Source of the DNA: the human T2T-CHM13v2.0 reference genome, Homo sapiens
Length of the DNA: 64,000 nucleotides
Assembly: GCF_009914755.1 (NCBI RefSeq)
Contig: NC_060945.1
Direction: 5' to 3' (one strand)
The position numbers were made by a program, and so were the translations under genes. Positions 13,801 to 27,297 of this stretch are shown here, in pieces. The stretch's first letter is position 1. Each line of letters begins with the position of its first letter. A model generated the notes under the pieces. The model had not been told where the DNA came from and made no database searches. It worked only from the letters and a program-made list of their open reading frames with translations.

Positions 13801-14548
13801 ACCAACTCTTTAGTTCCTTGTATTTATCGCTTTTCATTGACCATATTCAGCTCACTTAATCGAATAAGCATAGCTGCTTCATTAATTAGGGTTCAGTGGT
13901 TCTTGGAATCTATACATATTTCCACTGTGATGCCATAATAGCTTTAGTTTCTTATTTTTTACGTTATTCATTGAGCTCATACCAACTATCCTTACCTTTC
14001 CTAGTAATATCCAAAAATGGCATGGTCTTCTTGGGAACAAGACAAACTCCCAGTTGTCTTAAATTCACCTTTATTTTGACTTCTCTATTAGCAGTTACAT
14101 TTTGTTATGTAAGCTGCATTTCATATATATGCTTGACAATTCACACTGCAGGGAGAGCTTCATTATTTTTCCATTTCCATAGAAATGGCCATCACCACTA
14201 ATTTACAAAGGAAAATACTCTCCAGCCTTATTTATTATTGACAGTGGTTAATCAGGAGTAAACTAATTTTTGAACCAGTAGCCAAAGGCTTATGTGACAT
14301 CATAATCTTGAAGTAAAGTGCAAATAATGTAGTTTATAGTGTTTATTATAAACCAGTATGCTTTTTTGCCCCTTTTCCTTAAATTGACCATTATAGAAGT
14401 TGCAAACCTTCTTGCTATTTTTCAGTAGTTGCCTAAAATAAACATCCCCCATCCTTCTTGTTTTCCCTCTCTCTTTTGTCTCAGCATTCTTTGTTTACTT
14501 TCCCAATAATATTTTAACCTAAGAGTACTAAGTCACTAATTTCAATAG

Positions 14549-14582
14549 CTGCAGTGCTGCTTTATTCCACAAGAGGGCACTC
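14549..14582 (+). promoter_or_regulatory. Predicted CTCF site with upstream (ZF9-11) module
   Basis: Core CCACAAGAGGGCAC (14567-14580) preceded by CTGCAGTGC at the canonical spacing. Confidence 0.65.
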
Positions 14583-14923
14583 AAATGGCTTTCTTTCTGT
14601 GATATTCTAATTTCCCACTTTTTTCATATTGTTTGTTTTCCACAGTGGACTTTGAGGACAGATCTATCCCAGAGTCCTCCACTAAAACCAAGAAGATACA
14701 TATATACTTATAAATGTAGTTAATTTCTTGGAAACACTGAAGATTTATATGTTCTAGAAATCAGAAGGTGAAAAGGAAGAGATTGAGATAGACCAGTGTT
14801 TTATCCATGACAATTCCACCTGCTTTCTCAGGGAAGGCTTTGGACTGCTAGCAGACATGACTCCTGAAAAGAAGGCGAAGCACCTGGAATATCTCATATG
14901 CCTATTCGATCATTTCCAAACTA

Positions 14924-15104
<181 letters not shown>

Positions 15105-16712
15105 TAAACTAGAAAAAAATAAAACTGAAAAAAAATTCAAATAGGTGAATGCTTGAGATGACTGTACAGAGATGATAAATAACAATACCTGAGTTTTGTC
15201 AGAATAACAGGTAGATAACATATTAAGAAAAGATTTGATTTGCTGGAATTAAGATGGCAGAAAAAAATGGACACATTGTTTTTATTATGTAAAATATTAC
15301 AGTATACAGCTACTACTAGAAAGTAGATGAGCAAACCTTAATCCAACTAGAGATGATTAAAATAGTTTTGTTTTTCTATAAATGTAGCCTGATGTGAGGG
15401 GGTAAGAAATGGAGTAGGGAAGTGAGTATTGAAAGGATGAGACATGTACTCTTCAGTCATCTTAGAAACTCTATGTATTTTTCTGACTTTATGAGAATTT
15501 TCCTGGCCTGCCTGGTAAGAGAACAAACATTATAAATGTCAAATCAGGCAATATTCTAATTTGAAGATAACCAGGATTGATTATAGAAGAAGAATGCCTA
15601 TTTTTTTTTTTAGCGAATATTGCAGAGTAGAAGTAAACTCTGGCACAGAATTGCCTTCGTAGCTTTTATATTACACCCAAAGAATTTTGGTGGAAGCCAC
15701 TATCCCTTAATTTTGAATGGATTCTGATAATACCAGAATCTATGACTATTTGATAACTCTCTAACTACTAGGAGCAAAGAGCTATATCATCATCTTGCAA
15801 GATTATCCTGCAAAGCAAATGTAATATTAAAATTTTGCTTATTAGATGTAATTTTGGGTGTCTTTTCCTTTCATTTTATGCCTTTATCTTGGTCCATAAC
15901 GATTGGATGGTAGCTTTCTAAAACAGCTATTTTAATCACTATCATTGATGCTTCTTGAGCAACCAGCTAGTATGTTAATAAAGAAGATCATTTTCCTAAA
16001 TAGAGCCAATGAGTGAAAGGTGAAAATTATCTATGGCTGAGTGAGTTAGAAATCACTATCATTTGATAGATTGCCTTTGGACATTTTGTTTTTGTAAGTC
16101 TTTTTGAAAAATGTAATATCACTTTGGGGCAATGGAATTGATAGTTTTAATAAAACTATTAAAGACTACTTATGTCTTTATATACATTTCTAAACGGAAA
16201 AATAAGAAACATTTAACTGCTTTGTGAATAATATTGACTTATAGTTTTTTGAATATGTAGGAAAAAAGTGAAGAAAGAGTACATATTTGTTTTACCACAT
16301 ATTTTTTTTACTGAGCATCCGAAAGACCTGTTCCACATCTGTTATTTTTCAGTCATCTGTGCTTCCCATTTGAGTTTTCCTAGCAGCATCTGGAGGGGTA
16401 GGGAGAATCAAAGTGGTCTCCTTGGTAGCTGATCATCCTGCTATTGCAGGTTGGCAAATTCTCTGCATCAAGCCAAAACACAAAAACCAATTATGAAGTC
16501 TGCAGATATTTTATGTCCAGCTGTTTGAAACACATATGGCATTTATTCTATTCAGGGTACTGCTTAATTCATAGTGTGACACGTGGTTTGTTTGACAAAT
16601 ATCTAGACCTAGACCATATTTTCAAGTCTCTACATCTTTGGAGGCATTTTTAAAATACATTCACCATTTCTGAAATTAATTAACAAAAGAGCAAAATAGC
16701 CCCAAAGACATC

Positions 16713-16729
16713 TATGTCTGTGTGTATGG

Positions 16730-16773
<44 letters not shown>

Positions 16774-16781
16774 GTGTGTGT
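16713..16781. repeat. (TGTATG)n microsatellite
   Basis: Seen directly. Confidence 0.9.
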
Positions 16782-18378
16782 CTGAAGTAATTAGAATTTA
16801 GTAAAAACATTATTCCACCATTACTTTGTGTTTCTTTTTAATGCCTTATATCCTTCCCTCAAAAAAATTTATGAATGCCACTCAAGAGTAAGTGGAGTTT
16901 TAATATTATCTCATTGCCCGCAAGGTCCAGTATAACTTAAGAGAGAGGAAATTAATCTTTGAGGTTAAGTTTACTTACCATTTGATGTCAGTGTTGTGCT
17001 ATAAGAACAAAATTAATAGGGGTAGGAGGGTGTTGCTGAGGGCTATGGGAATAAGCTACTAGGGAACAAGGTTAATTTTAATGTGAAAGGTCATCAGCTT
17101 TGGATAACTCATCAAAATCTAAAAACACAGGTTTTCTAGTACGGCAGTTCTTTTATACGAAGTCAACCATCATATCCAACTACCTCTCATTTAAATTCAG
17201 AACTTGACACTTGTCAAACACAAGATGATCTTTCTTTTTTCTTTTTACTTTTCAAATGAAAGAAGCTGTGTTAAGGTGCTTGCTAATCTTAGAGATCTAA
17301 AGTGCCTCCCATCATTTTAAATGAAAACATATGCATACTCAATTTCCAGATGAAGAAAATCAATTTAGCCATGCATAATGAACGAAACCCTGTCCCTCCA
17401 TTTAATTTCTCAGTTGTTTGTGTTTACAGGCAGCCTTTCTTTTCAAGGGCAAATTTAATAAGGACAGTTTAGGAGGTTATAGGAAAGTGGTGTGTGAAAT
17501 GAAACATGTGAAGTGATTTCAATCTAGATCTATACTTACCTGGGTCTGGGATTACCAGAGGTACCAAAGGGCGCCCCTCTTACAAAACACACATAGGCAT
17601 TTGGTTTCCAGTGCTCTAGCCATAACTTTTTATTAAGAATGCATACCACGTATTTGCTTATTACATGGTTAAGTAGCCACCTTATTCTTCAATTACACAA
17701 AATTCACCACTGAAAAGAAACTGTTTGAAAGAATGTGTTTGAAAGAATGAATATCTTTAGACTGGATACCTGCACTAGCTTGGATATTGAAGTGTATGTA
17801 AACTTTCAGTTGAATCAAGATAGAGGCATATGTCAGAGCTGAAAGAACTTTGTTGTTTATTATAGTTGGTTTAGATCTCTTATATGCATTTACATGAGAA
17901 CTCCAGAGTGTCTTAGGAAAGTATAGAAATTAGACCGTAGATGCAGGAAAATCCCTCACTCAATTAAGGACTCAAATATAATCAATACTAATGTACTAGC
18001 GATAAATACAAAGTGTAGGAAAACACTCTTTCCATAGCATTTCATTCTCCACTTGCTGCAAATCAAATTACAGACATATGCATCTAATACTAAACTACTT
18101 TTGTAAAGTGCTTTCCTCTTTGACACACTATCTAGAGTTTCTTAAAGTGACAGTTTAACTGTTTTGAAATATATATATTTTTGCTGCCACTTTCAACTCA
18201 CTAAGCTATCAAAACGCATCTTTCTCACCCATGTTTGCTATGACACACTGGAATATTAACTCCAAGAGGAATATCAATAAATTCCTCCTCCAGAATAGCA
18301 AGTATTAAAAGGCTCAACTGTGGAGGAGTGAAAAATCCGTACAGGCAAGTCCATAACAGTAAGATCTTATACTTGAAG

Positions 18379-19013
18379 AGTCAGAGGCAATTGAAACCAG
18401 AGTGACTCCATCTTGAATAGCAGCTGGGTAAAATAAGGCTAAGACCTACTGGGTTGCATTCCCAGGAGGTTAGTATTCTAAGTCACAAAATAAAATAGGA
18501 GGCTGGCACAAGATTCAGGTCATAAGGACCTTGATGATAAAACAGGATGCAGCAAAGAAGCTGGCCAAAACCCACCAAAACCAAGATGGCAATGAAAGTG
18601 ACCTCTAGTCATCCTCACTGCTCATTATATGCTAATCATAATACATTAGCATACTAAAAAACACCCTCCCCAGTGCCATGACAATTTGCAAATGCCACGG
18701 CAACATTGGAAAGTTACCCTATATGGTCTAAAAAGGGGAGGAACCTTCATTTGTTGGAATTGCCACTCCTTTCCTGGAATACTCAGGAATAATCCACCCC
18801 TTCTTTAGTATATAATCAAGAAATAACTGTAAAAATAGCCAACCAGCCACCCTAGGGGCTGCTCTGCCTATGGAGTAGCCATTTTTTAAATTTCTTTACT
18901 TTCTTAATAAACCTGCTTTCACTTCACTCTGTGGACTTGCCCCAAATTCTCCCTTGTGTGAGATGCAAGAACCCCATCTTAGAGTCTGGATCAGCACCCC
19001 CTTTCTGGTAACA
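18379..19013 (+). mobile_element. MER41 (A/B-like) ERV1 solo LTR
   Basis: gtcagaggc...ccagagtgactccatcttgaatag; aaaacccaccaaaaccaagatggc; ends cccctttctggtaaca. Confidence 0.92.
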
Positions 19014-19189
19014 GAAAGAAGAACCTATACTGTAAAGCCTAAAAATAAATAAATAGTATTTAAAATAAAAACCTATAGAATCAAGATTCGTTGTCAGGAT
19101 TTGGCAACTTTTCTGAGGTTTTTAGATCCAAGATAAATTGCATAGGGTGAGGATTGTGGAGGGAAAAGTCAGAGAACAAAATCGAAAGT

Positions 19190-19665
<476 letters not shown>

Positions 19666-19689
19666 AATCTAAGGTAAAGAATTTCTGAG

Positions 19690-20342
19690 TGTGGCAGGCC
19701 AGGTCTCACTAACGTGGGGCTCCATGACAACTGATTCAGCACTGAGTGGTTAAGTTAAATATTAAAAGCTGAAAGAGCCAGAGCGCTCATACAAAGGGTG
19801 GAATGTGACAAAAGCCCACCAAGAGTTTTGCCTAGGTCTTTTGTGGGTCTTGAAGCATGACAAGATAACAAAGGAATTCTTAACAGGACCCATTTAGGGT
19901 TAAACAAATTTTATTGAGAGTCTGAAGACACTCCCTAGGCCTCCACAAACAAGTTTATTGGGGGTCTGGAGGAACTCCCCAAAGCTCCATGATTTAACAG
20001 GAGACAAGATAAGGGTAATCACCCCAGCACCTGGACCCATTTAGATTAAGTACATTTATTGAGGCTCCGGAGGAAGGTCTTCAGGACTCAGATCTCAGTT
20101 ATACATGGAAAGAAGTGAATCGCTTATGTCTTTAGATGAATGCACATTTACACATAGGCATATAGCTTAGAAGGTATATGAGCTCTGGAAAACATTGTAA
20201 TTTTGAGTTGGTCTGGCGATATTTTCCAGGCCTTCTCTCTGTACCAGGTTACCGAAATAAAAACTCTCTTCTGCGGTTCATCTGCATCTCGTTATTGGGC
20301 CGTGAGAATAAGCAGCCCAACCCTCAGTTTGGTCTGGGAACA
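19690..20342 (+). mobile_element. Solo LTR (LTR47/LTR62-like ERVL)
   Basis: TG...CA termini (TGTGGCAGGCCAGGTCTCACTAAC ... GGGAACA); AATAAA near the 3' end; family name from memory. Confidence 0.75.
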
Positions 20343-21719
20343 AGAGGACCGTGGAAGGTGTGGCTATGTCATAATCATCTGGGGACACATAAAAATACAG
20401 ATGCCTGGACCCTATGCCACATGCTCCAATTAGCAGATCTTGATAAAGCTCTATTTTTCAAAAGAAAACATTTCCTAGAAGACTCTGATAGCAAACTAGG
20501 TCTGAGGACTAAATAAAGTGATATTTTCTCCATTTCACAGCTGGCAAATGAGATAATAGCTAACCTGTCTATAATTATAATGATGTTAATTAACCCTTGA
20601 AAATGCGGGATGGGAATAGAGGAGGATTAGTATTAATATAAATTCACATCTGGTATCCTCCATGCCTTTGAAATCTACCATCATAGCGCATGGTCTCGAT
20701 GGAGAAAAGATTATACTATCAGAAGGGTAGTATTTTTTTTTCTTTTTAGAAATTGAATAATGTGAATAGAATGCAATATATTTTAGATACTCTAAGTTCA
20801 TGTTCTCATTATATGCCCATATCGCCCCTGAGAGGTAAGCAGTGTTATGTTTTCATAGTTAAGAAACTAAAGGGAAGGAATATTAAGTCAATAGCACAAG
20901 GTCATTATGCCAAGGAGCAGGAGAATTAGAATAAAAACACAGGCCTCTCTACCATCAGTCTCATACTTGTGACCTGAGATCCTTGCAAGCTGCAAGATAT
21001 GGGTAAGCCATAATTGTAGAAAATCTTAATCAATTTTTTGAAACTTTGGAAATTGTCCTTGTGTGCTATTTTTGACACTTCATGGTGTAATCTTTAGAAA
21101 TCGTTCACATGTTGGCATAAATCTGAACATAAAATGATTAAAGAGAAATATATTCAGAGCTATCTCAACTTATCTGTGGTGGTGGTGACAATATTAGAGA
21201 TGTTTCACAGGGATCATGTGGTGGCTGGATATCTTCATCCCCCCACTACAAAAGTCACGTATCTCTGCATTATTGAAGCATGGAAAAGATCAGTGTAGCA
21301 GAGAGTGGTCACAGTCATAAAGCAGGACATTTAAAACTAGACCATTCTCATGTCAACATGAGAATGCATTTTGAAGCATATACTGAAAGCATTTTGAAGC
21401 ATATACTCAGAGAGCAATCCTCTGTATAAATCAGGTAAAAGAGTCTTGGTACCCAGAGCTCTTTTAACATTACCATGCATGTGGATTAATAATGTTTTGC
21501 AAATCTAAGTAAGAATCAAGGTTGTCTTGGGACACAGAAATGGAATCCATGGGCCAGATGTTCATCTAGTGAATAGCTCTCATAGTTCTTTGATTTGAGG
21601 TGAGAGGACAAAAAGAAGCTTTATTAATTAAGTGAGAGCTGCATAGAACAACAACCAACCAAAAGCAAAATCTTATTTTCCTTTTACTATCCCAGACGGC
21701 TTCCATCCTAAACGTAACT

Positions 21720-21950
21720 CAAAGTGGTATAATTTAGTGGACTTTGGAGCCAAAATGCTTGGCTTTGAGTCCCTGCTCTGCCCCTTCCTAACTGTGTGAC
21801 CTGGAAAAATGACCTAGCCTCAGCTTCTGTATTCATAAAATGCAAATGAAGCAGTAGGCCGAATTTGGCTGTTGTAAGAATAGAATGAGTTAATATCTTG
21901 TAACATTCTGAGAATAGTGCCTGGCTCGCAGTAAGTAGCATTTGAATATT
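21720..21950 (+). mobile_element. MIR
   Basis: ggctttgagtccctgctctgcccc...ctgtgtgacctggaaaa...aatagtgcctggc. Confidence 0.8.
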
Positions 21951-23661
21951 AGACATGATGAGTGTAAACTATGTGAAGATCCTAGGCGCTGTGGAGTACA
22001 TAAAGATTGTCCCTACCCCAAGGGATATTTAGAATTTTTAAAAAATAACTGATATTCTCTCTCTAGCATCTATATCATGATTTACAAAGCTGAAAGTCAC
22101 TTTCTTTTTGGAAATGAGTGTTTAGAAAATAATAATATAGTGAGCATGAGCATTTGGTGGCAAAAGAGTTCAATATCCTGTTATCTGGCTATCTGCTGTG
22201 GTTTAAAAAAAAAGCAGGGAGATGGGAAAGGATGGGGGCAGACTCAGAATCATGTTTTGGAAAAGCTCTGAGTCCTACCAAGTTGCCAAGAAAATAATTT
22301 AGCACAGAAGTGAATTATTCAACCCTGATGTATTATTGGTCCTTGTTGTCAGGGCTAATGCAATGTTTCTATCTAATTTGTTTAGCACAGGCATTTTTGC
22401 CTTAATGCATGCCTGCCCTGTAGACTAGTGTAACAGTCATCTCCCCCACAAACAGCCTGAAAAGAATTTAAGTGAATTTTACATTGACCTCTTCCTAGTG
22501 GCCTTGTAAAGTCTCAAGAGTCTTACTGGAGAATAGAAATACAGATAGTTGTCCACTTCCATGGACTTGTGGAGAGCAATTACCTACTGCCTTTGGAAAT
22601 ATCTTTTAATATTAAATGTTTTCTCAAAATCAGTATTGTTATTAGAAATCCCAGAAATACTTCCCTAAACTATTATGACTTACAGCCACTTCATTATAAA
22701 AATCATGACCCTCTAATATGTACTGACCAGACAACATCCTTCCCCATATCTAAGACACAAAGATCTCCGCTATAGAGTTCATCAATGTATGGGGGATGAC
22801 CTGCAAAAACAGGGGAAAATGGTAACTTTAAAAGTTATTTAAAATTAACCAGCATTGTTATTAAGTATAAAGCACCATGCTCTGATGTTTTACATATGAT
22901 GGTGAATAATGAATAATACTGTAATCTAAGTTTTAAGAAGTTTAACCTAGTTTGTGAATTTAGATATCCAAAGTTTAGATTTTTCACAATAGAAATGTTA
23001 AATCAGTGGCATTCAAATATTTTTCTTCCTTAGAACTATTTCTCAAATAAGATCTTCAGAGAAAGCCTAATAAGTAAAAGAGATACATTTACAGTGGTTC
23101 TGATTGGAGCAGTAGGGGGTGAAACTCTGTCTGATTTCCACCTGCCAACATCCTTCATTTGAAAAACCTCCAAAAAGCACAGTTTGAAAACCACTGATTT
23201 CATTAACAATTCAAGACATCACAGAAGAAATGCTGTGATACTCTAGAGAATTTCAGAAAACACTGCAGATTGCCTTCCTAGCATCCTCTCTGCCATCTTC
23301 CACCTTTCTAACAGTGCCTGGTCTTCAGGTCCTTCCTCCTCCAGGTGGTCATGGGTCTCAGGAGAGGCTGCTTTGTCTCCAGAACAGATAAGTGAGTCCT
23401 GATTGGACTAAACCATAGATTCTCAAACTCTTTGTCCTAAGACTCCTTGCCACTCACAAAAACTGAGGACTCCCCAAACAGCTTTTAGATTATATCTAAT
23501 ATTTAACATATTTGAAACGAAAACAGAAATGTTGAAAATATTCATTAAACATTTAATAACAAAAATAAGGCCATTATTACATTAACATAAATAACATTTT
23601 ATAAAAACTGACATATTTTCCAAAACAAATACAATTAGTTTAAAAAGTGGCATTGTTTTCT

Positions 23662-24494
23662 CTTCCTTTTAATTTTCATTTTAAGTTCAGTAGTACTTGC
23701 TCAGGTTTGTTAGGCAAACTTGTGTCATGGGTGTGTGTTATACAGATTATTTCATAACCCAGGTATTAAGCCTAGTACCCGTTAGTTATTTTTCCAGATC
23801 CTCTCTCTCTAACTACCTTCCACCCTTCAATAGAACCCAGTGGGTATTGTTTCCTCTATGTGTCCATGTGTTCTCATCATTAAGCTCCCACTTATAAGTG
23901 AGAACATGTGGTATTTGGTTTTTTGGTTTCTGTGTTAGTTTGCTGAGGATAATGGCCTCTAGTTCCTTCCATGTCTCTGCAAAGGATGTGACCTCATTCT
24001 TATTTATGGCTACATAGTATTCCATGTTGTACATGTACCACATTTTCTTTAGCCAGTCTATTATTGATGAGCATTTAATTCCACATCTTTACTATTGTAA
24101 ATAGTGTTGTGATGAATAGACATGAGCATGTGTCTTTATAACAGAATGATTTATATTCCCTTGGGTATATACCCAGCAATGGGATCACTGAGTTGAATGG
24201 TATTTCTGTTGTTAGGTCTTTGATGAATCACCACAGTGACTTCCACAATGGTTGAACTAATTTACACTCCCACCAACAGTGTAGTAGTGTTCCTTTTTCT
24301 TTACAACCTCACTAGCATCTGTTATTTTTTGACTTTTCAATAACGGCCATTGTGACTGGTGTGAGAGGGTGTCTCATTGTGGTTTTGATTTGCATTTCTC
24401 TAACGATCAGTGATGTTGAGCTGTTTTTTTCACGTTTGTTGGTCACACGCATGTCTTCTTTTGAAAAGTGTCTGTTCATGTGCTTTGCCCACTA
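23662..24494 (-). mobile_element. L1PA (about PA13-16) 3' end, 5'-truncated
   Basis: L1 3' UTR and ORF2 end in antisense; 20-bp TSD AAAAAGTGGCATTGTTTTCT at 23642-23661 and 24495-24514. Confidence 0.93.
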
Positions 24495-24711
24495 AAAAAG
24501 TGGCATTGTTTTCTATTTTTGCAAATCTCTTTAGTGGCAGCCTTAATAGAGGATAGCTAGATTCTTGTATCTACCTTGCATTCAATCTGCTGTATTGTGT
24601 AGTTTGGGTTGAAGAATATGAAAAGAAACCCCTCAACTGTGGCCTATACAGTTATGTTATTGGAAAGGGAGAAACAGTTCAATAGCTTTTTAATATAATT
24701 ATAGTATTCTT

Positions 24712-25010
24712 GGCCAGGTAAGTGGCTTACGCCTGTAATCCTGTAATCCCAGCACTTTGAGAGGCCAAGGTGGGGGATTACGAGGTCAGGAGTTCGAGAC
24801 CAGCCTGACCAACATAGTGAAACCCCGTCTCTACCAAAAATACAAAAATTTGCCAGGCATGGTGGTGGGCACCTATACGCCCAGCTACTTGGGAGGCTGA
24901 GACAGGGAAATGGCATGAACCCTGGAGGTGGAGGTTGCAGTGAGCTAAGTCGCGCCACTGCACTCTAGCCTGGGTGACAGAGCGAGACTCAATCTCAAAA
25001 AAAAAAAAAA
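24712..25010 (+). mobile_element. Alu (AluSg-like)
   Basis: TSD AATTATAGTATTCTT at 24697-24711 and 25011-25025; internal 8-bp duplication tgtaatcc. Confidence 0.96.
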
Positions 25011-26688
25011 AATTATAGTATTCTTATCTGACAGAACACCAAAATTTAACCAGTGACCATTTCCTAACAATAGTGTTGTGAAAGCCACAAACATCTCGAT
25101 GAACATTTCAGTCTTGGTTACATTAAAATCTCTTGCACTGTATTGGATATTTTACCTGTTCATAATTTTATAACAATAGGCATTCATCATTTGGAAAATA
25201 CTGGCTCAATGAGTGACATAGATCTTCCAAATGTTGACATATTTCATTTACAATGTGAAAAGAAATCACATTCATTAATGTCATCATCAATCTCATCAGA
25301 AAAGTCTGTTAGTATTGGGAAGCTGTCCAGCTCATGGTGGCAGAAGAAAAGCTTTCCCAAATTCAAATTTTTACTTGAAAGCTCATATTTTATCATTGTC
25401 AAAAATAATGTCAGTTGTTTTCCTCAAAGTCATGGGCTCAATTCGTTCATTTGTGAGAAAATATGTGCCAAATACTTAAGTTTGAATCACATAATTTGTC
25501 CATCAGTTTTTCATTCAAGGAAAAATAATGGTCTAGGAAAATAGTAGATGATTCAGCTTCTAACTGAAAGAATTGCAGAAGGGCTTTCCTAAACAGAATC
25601 ACCATTCCTGGGTGTGCAACAGAAGTGTTTTGTTATACATTTTCTATTTTTTCACATAAAATAATAAAAAGACAGAATCAAGGGACAAAGTTTAATAAAT
25701 TAATAATTTTTAGTGCTTTATCAGGTCTTTTCTAGTAAAGCAACCTTTTAAATTATTTGCCTAATTTAATTAAAAAAAACACGTGGTAGTGAAGAACACA
25801 GTGACTGCTTATGCAATTTGGTGTCGTTTTATTGGTGTGAAGCATTTTACTCACCATTGCCTTTTCACTATCGCTGGAAATCTCAACAAAGCAAAAAGGG
25901 CAAATAACATCATGGGATTATTAGAATAATAGTTTTCATTTTGCCAAGACCCCGAATGGTTTTGAGGACACCCAGGTATCTGCAGACCCCACACTGTGAA
26001 CTTCTGGTGTAAGGTAATTGTGAATATCCCATTCATAGGCCAGTCAGTAAATGGTGTAAGATTCAACTCTGGCCAGTGAGATATAAAGGACATATGCTAT
26101 GAATTTTCTGGGAAAGATGGCCTTGCTCATAGAAAGACATTGGCTGAGGTAGACTTCTTCTTTTGGATTTGTCCATTACCTGTACCTTGAACTGTGGCAG
26201 CCACCCTCTACATAGATAAACTAGTCTGTGATGAAGTCACCATGAAGAGAATGGCATGTTTGTATTTATTTTTAGTTAGGTCTTTTCCCAGGCCCAGTAT
26301 CTGTGATTTGCTGTACATAACAGCTGGGGCTCTATTGTTTCTTGAGAGAAGCAATTTCAAAAAGCTTAAGATGCAGCAAGAAACTTGATCCTTGATGGTG
26401 TATGAAGCCACTGAAATAAATAACCTCAGGGCCATTATAACTTAAATTGTTTTGCTTTGGGATTTAGTAAATTTCCTTTTTGGTTTTCTTATTGCTTATA
26501 ATCAAAACCATCCCATCTGGTACTGAGGGATACATTCTTATTTTCCATTTGGCTGCAGCCACATTATTAGGGAAGAAAAGCTAGTCTACTAACTACCAAA
26601 GGAAAAATCTCAGGGTTTATATAAACTTTAAAATCAATATCATGTAAGAAAAGAAATAAATGATGATAGCTACAATATTTTGAACTTT

Positions 26689-26828
26689 TTTATTTTTAAT
26701 TTTTGTGGGTACATAGTAGGTATATATACTTATGGGATACCTGAGATGCAATGTGGAATAATCACATTATGGAGAATGGGATATCCATCTTGCTTAGCAT
26801 TTATCCTTTGTGTTACAAGAAATCCAAT
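26689..26828 (-). mobile_element. Very short L1MA 3' end
   Basis: aatttttgtgggtacatagtagg...; 14-bp TSD ATATTTTGAACTTT at 26675-26688 and 26829-26842. Confidence 0.88.
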
Positions 26829-26914
26829 ATATTTTGAACTTTAAAATGGAGCTTGTTTGAGCAGATGGCTCCATCTAACAATACCCAGCTGACTAGAGAC
26901 TCCTTGGAGGGCAC

Positions 26915-27297
26915 TGCATTAGTCCATTCTCACACTGCTAATAAAAACATACCTGAGACTGGGTAATTTATAAAGGAAAAAGGTTTAATTGACTTACAGT
27001 TCAGCATGGCAGGGGAGGCCTCAGGAAACTTACAATCATGGTGGAAGGGGAAGCAAACACATCCTTCTTCACATGGTGGCAGCAAGGAGAAGTGCAGAGT
27101 GAAGGCTGGGGGAGGGAGAAGCCCCTTATAAAACCATCAGATCTTGTGAGAACTTGCTCCCTCTCACAAGAACAGCATGGAGGTAACTGCCCTCATGATT
27201 CAATTACCTTCCTCCAGGGCCCTCCCACCACTCGTGGGAATTACGGGAACTACAATTCAAGATAAGATTTGAGTGGAGACATAGCCAAACCATGTTA
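26915..27297 (-). mobile_element. THE1D/MSTA-type MaLR solo LTR
   Basis: gaggcctcaggaaacttacaatcatgg; TSD GGCAC/AGCAC. Confidence 0.92.

Larger units (their letters stand above)
23414..26006. mobile_element. Charlie1-type hAT DNA transposon interrupted by L1PA and Alu
   Basis: Degenerate termini catagattctcaaac... and ...cacactgtgaacttctg; Charlie1-like internal sequence continues across two TSD-bounded insertions. Confidence 0.75.

Noticed and set aside
17532-17545. U1 snRNA gene or pseudogene (starts ATACTTACCTGG)
   Set aside because: Similarity ends after 12 nt; the rest does not match U1. Better read as an antisense splice donor.
25143-25544. 133-aa ORF in Charlie1
   Set aside because: Non-ATG start and no recognisable transposase motifs in this frame.
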